A stretch of 64,000 nt of DNA from Candidatus Moraniibacteriota bacterium (GTDB lineage Bacteria; Patescibacteriota; Minisyncoccia; Moranbacterales; DUUL01): assembly GCA_041583775.1 (NCBI GenBank), contig JBFHFF010000001.1:27528-91527 (forward strand), in the 5' to 3' direction. The position numbers were made by a program, and so were the translations under genes. The notes below the pieces were generated by a model, which saw only the letters and a program-made list of their open reading frames with translations, did no database searches and had not been told where the DNA came from. Numbering within the stretch: the first letter of the stretch is position 1; every line of letters begins with the position of its first letter. This document shows positions 63,078 to 64,000 of the stretch, one piece after another.

Positions 63078-64000
63078 ATGTTAGCATTATATCAAAAATA
63101 CAGACCAAAAAAATTCTCTGAGGTAGCAGGTCAAGAACATGTAATCAAGACATTAACAAACGCAATTTCCAACAATCGCATTGGTCATGCATATCTGCTT
63201 ACTGGTCCTCGCGGAACCGGAAAAACAACCCTTGCTAGAATATTTGCCAAAACTATAAACTGTCTAAATCCGGTCACTCCAAAAAAATCATCAGTTGCAA
63301 AAATCGAACCTTGTGACAAATGTGATAATTGCAAACTAATTTTAGAAAACAGAGCTCTTGACTTCATTGAGATTGATGCAGCTTCTCATACGGGAGTTGA
63401 TAATATTCGCCAATTAAGAGAAACTGTCCCCCTACCACCATCAGCTTTAAAATATAAAGTATATTTAATTGACGAAGTTCATATGCTCTCAATAGGAGCT
63501 TTTAATGCACTTTTAAAAACCTTAGAAGAACCACCTGCGCATGCAATTTTTATTCTTGCAACAACAGAACTTCACAAGGTACCAGAAACTATCATTTCTC
63601 GTTGTCAGCGTTTTGATATTTCGCTACTAACTCAACCCCAAATTGTTGATTACTTGTCTTATATTTCCAAAAAGGAAAAGGTTCAAATCGAAACAGAAGC
63701 TCTTGAAACAATCGCACTCGAAGCTGAAGGTGGGATGCGGGATGCACAATCAATTCTGGGACAAATTCTTTCATTGGAAGACGAGAAAATAACAGCAAAA
63801 GAAGTAAATGACATTCTTGGAACATCTTCTAAAAAAGCAGTAATTGATTTTGTAGAATTTCTTTCCAATAGAAACTTGCGGGATTCTTTAGATAGAATCG
63901 AAAAATTACAACAAGAAGGAATCAATTTAAGAAATTTCAATAAAAATATTTTATCATTCTTGCGAACAATTTTATTATTAAAAACTAGCAACGAAGCTGG
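63078..64000 (+). CDS. dnaX: DNA polymerase III subunit gamma/tau, N-terminal part (runs off window end; not in ORF track)
   Basis: Manual translation MLALYQKYRPKKFSEVAGQEHV...GPRGTGKTT...EIDAAS...IDEVHML...LKTLEEPP...SRCQRF. Confidence 0.96.
   Translation, partial: MLALYQKYRPKKFSEVAGQEHVIKTLTNAISNNRIGHAYLLTGPRGTGKTTLARIFAKTINCLNPVTPKKSSVAKIEPCDKCDNCKLILENRALDFIEIDAASHTGVDNIRQLRETVPLPPSALKYKVYLIDEVHMLSIGAFNALLKTLEEPPAHAIFILATTELHKVPETIISRCQRFDISLLTQPQIVDYLSYISKKEKVQIETEALETIALEAEGGMRDAQSILGQILSLEDEKITAKEVNDILGTSSKKAVIDFVEFLSNRNLRDSLDRIEKLQQEGINLRNFNKNILSFLRTILLLKTSNEA

Overview
AT-rich bacterial chromosome segment read with genetic code 11. Gene content and style point to a Patescibacteria/CPR (Parcubacteria-like, possibly Moranbacteria-like) genome; this is an inference from the TrmB-like regulator, the VirD4-like ATPase plus membrane partner, the sigma4/HARE-HTH protein, split ComEC and mostly SD-less core genes. 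Most of the window is housekeeping: parAB, rplJL, rpmB, nth, truB, tsaC, gdh, tRNA-Pro(GGG), miaA, gatAC, ligA, mnmA, hup, rny, fba, tpiA, galT, map, rpsF-ssb-rpsR, efp, ndk, comEC, ftsK, a P-type ATPase and dnaX. It also holds a trimeric [FeFe]-hydrogenase locus with a short, non-bifurcating-type NuoF subunit, and a surface-glycan cluster. The most unusual part is the accessory island between tRNA-Pro and miaA (about 9.6-11.7 kb). It contains (i) a candidate ~620-nt nested multi-helix RNA whose helices close with G-U pairs only on the minus strand and which loops out a 59-aa basic ORF, and (ii) a leader-peptide/antiterminator/terminator attenuator ahead of two paralogous Cys4 proteins of unknown function. 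Several other promoter-hairpin-terminator micro-units are present. No CRISPR array, rRNA, transposase or prophage was seen. All structure calls were made by eye and need computational or experimental confirmation.
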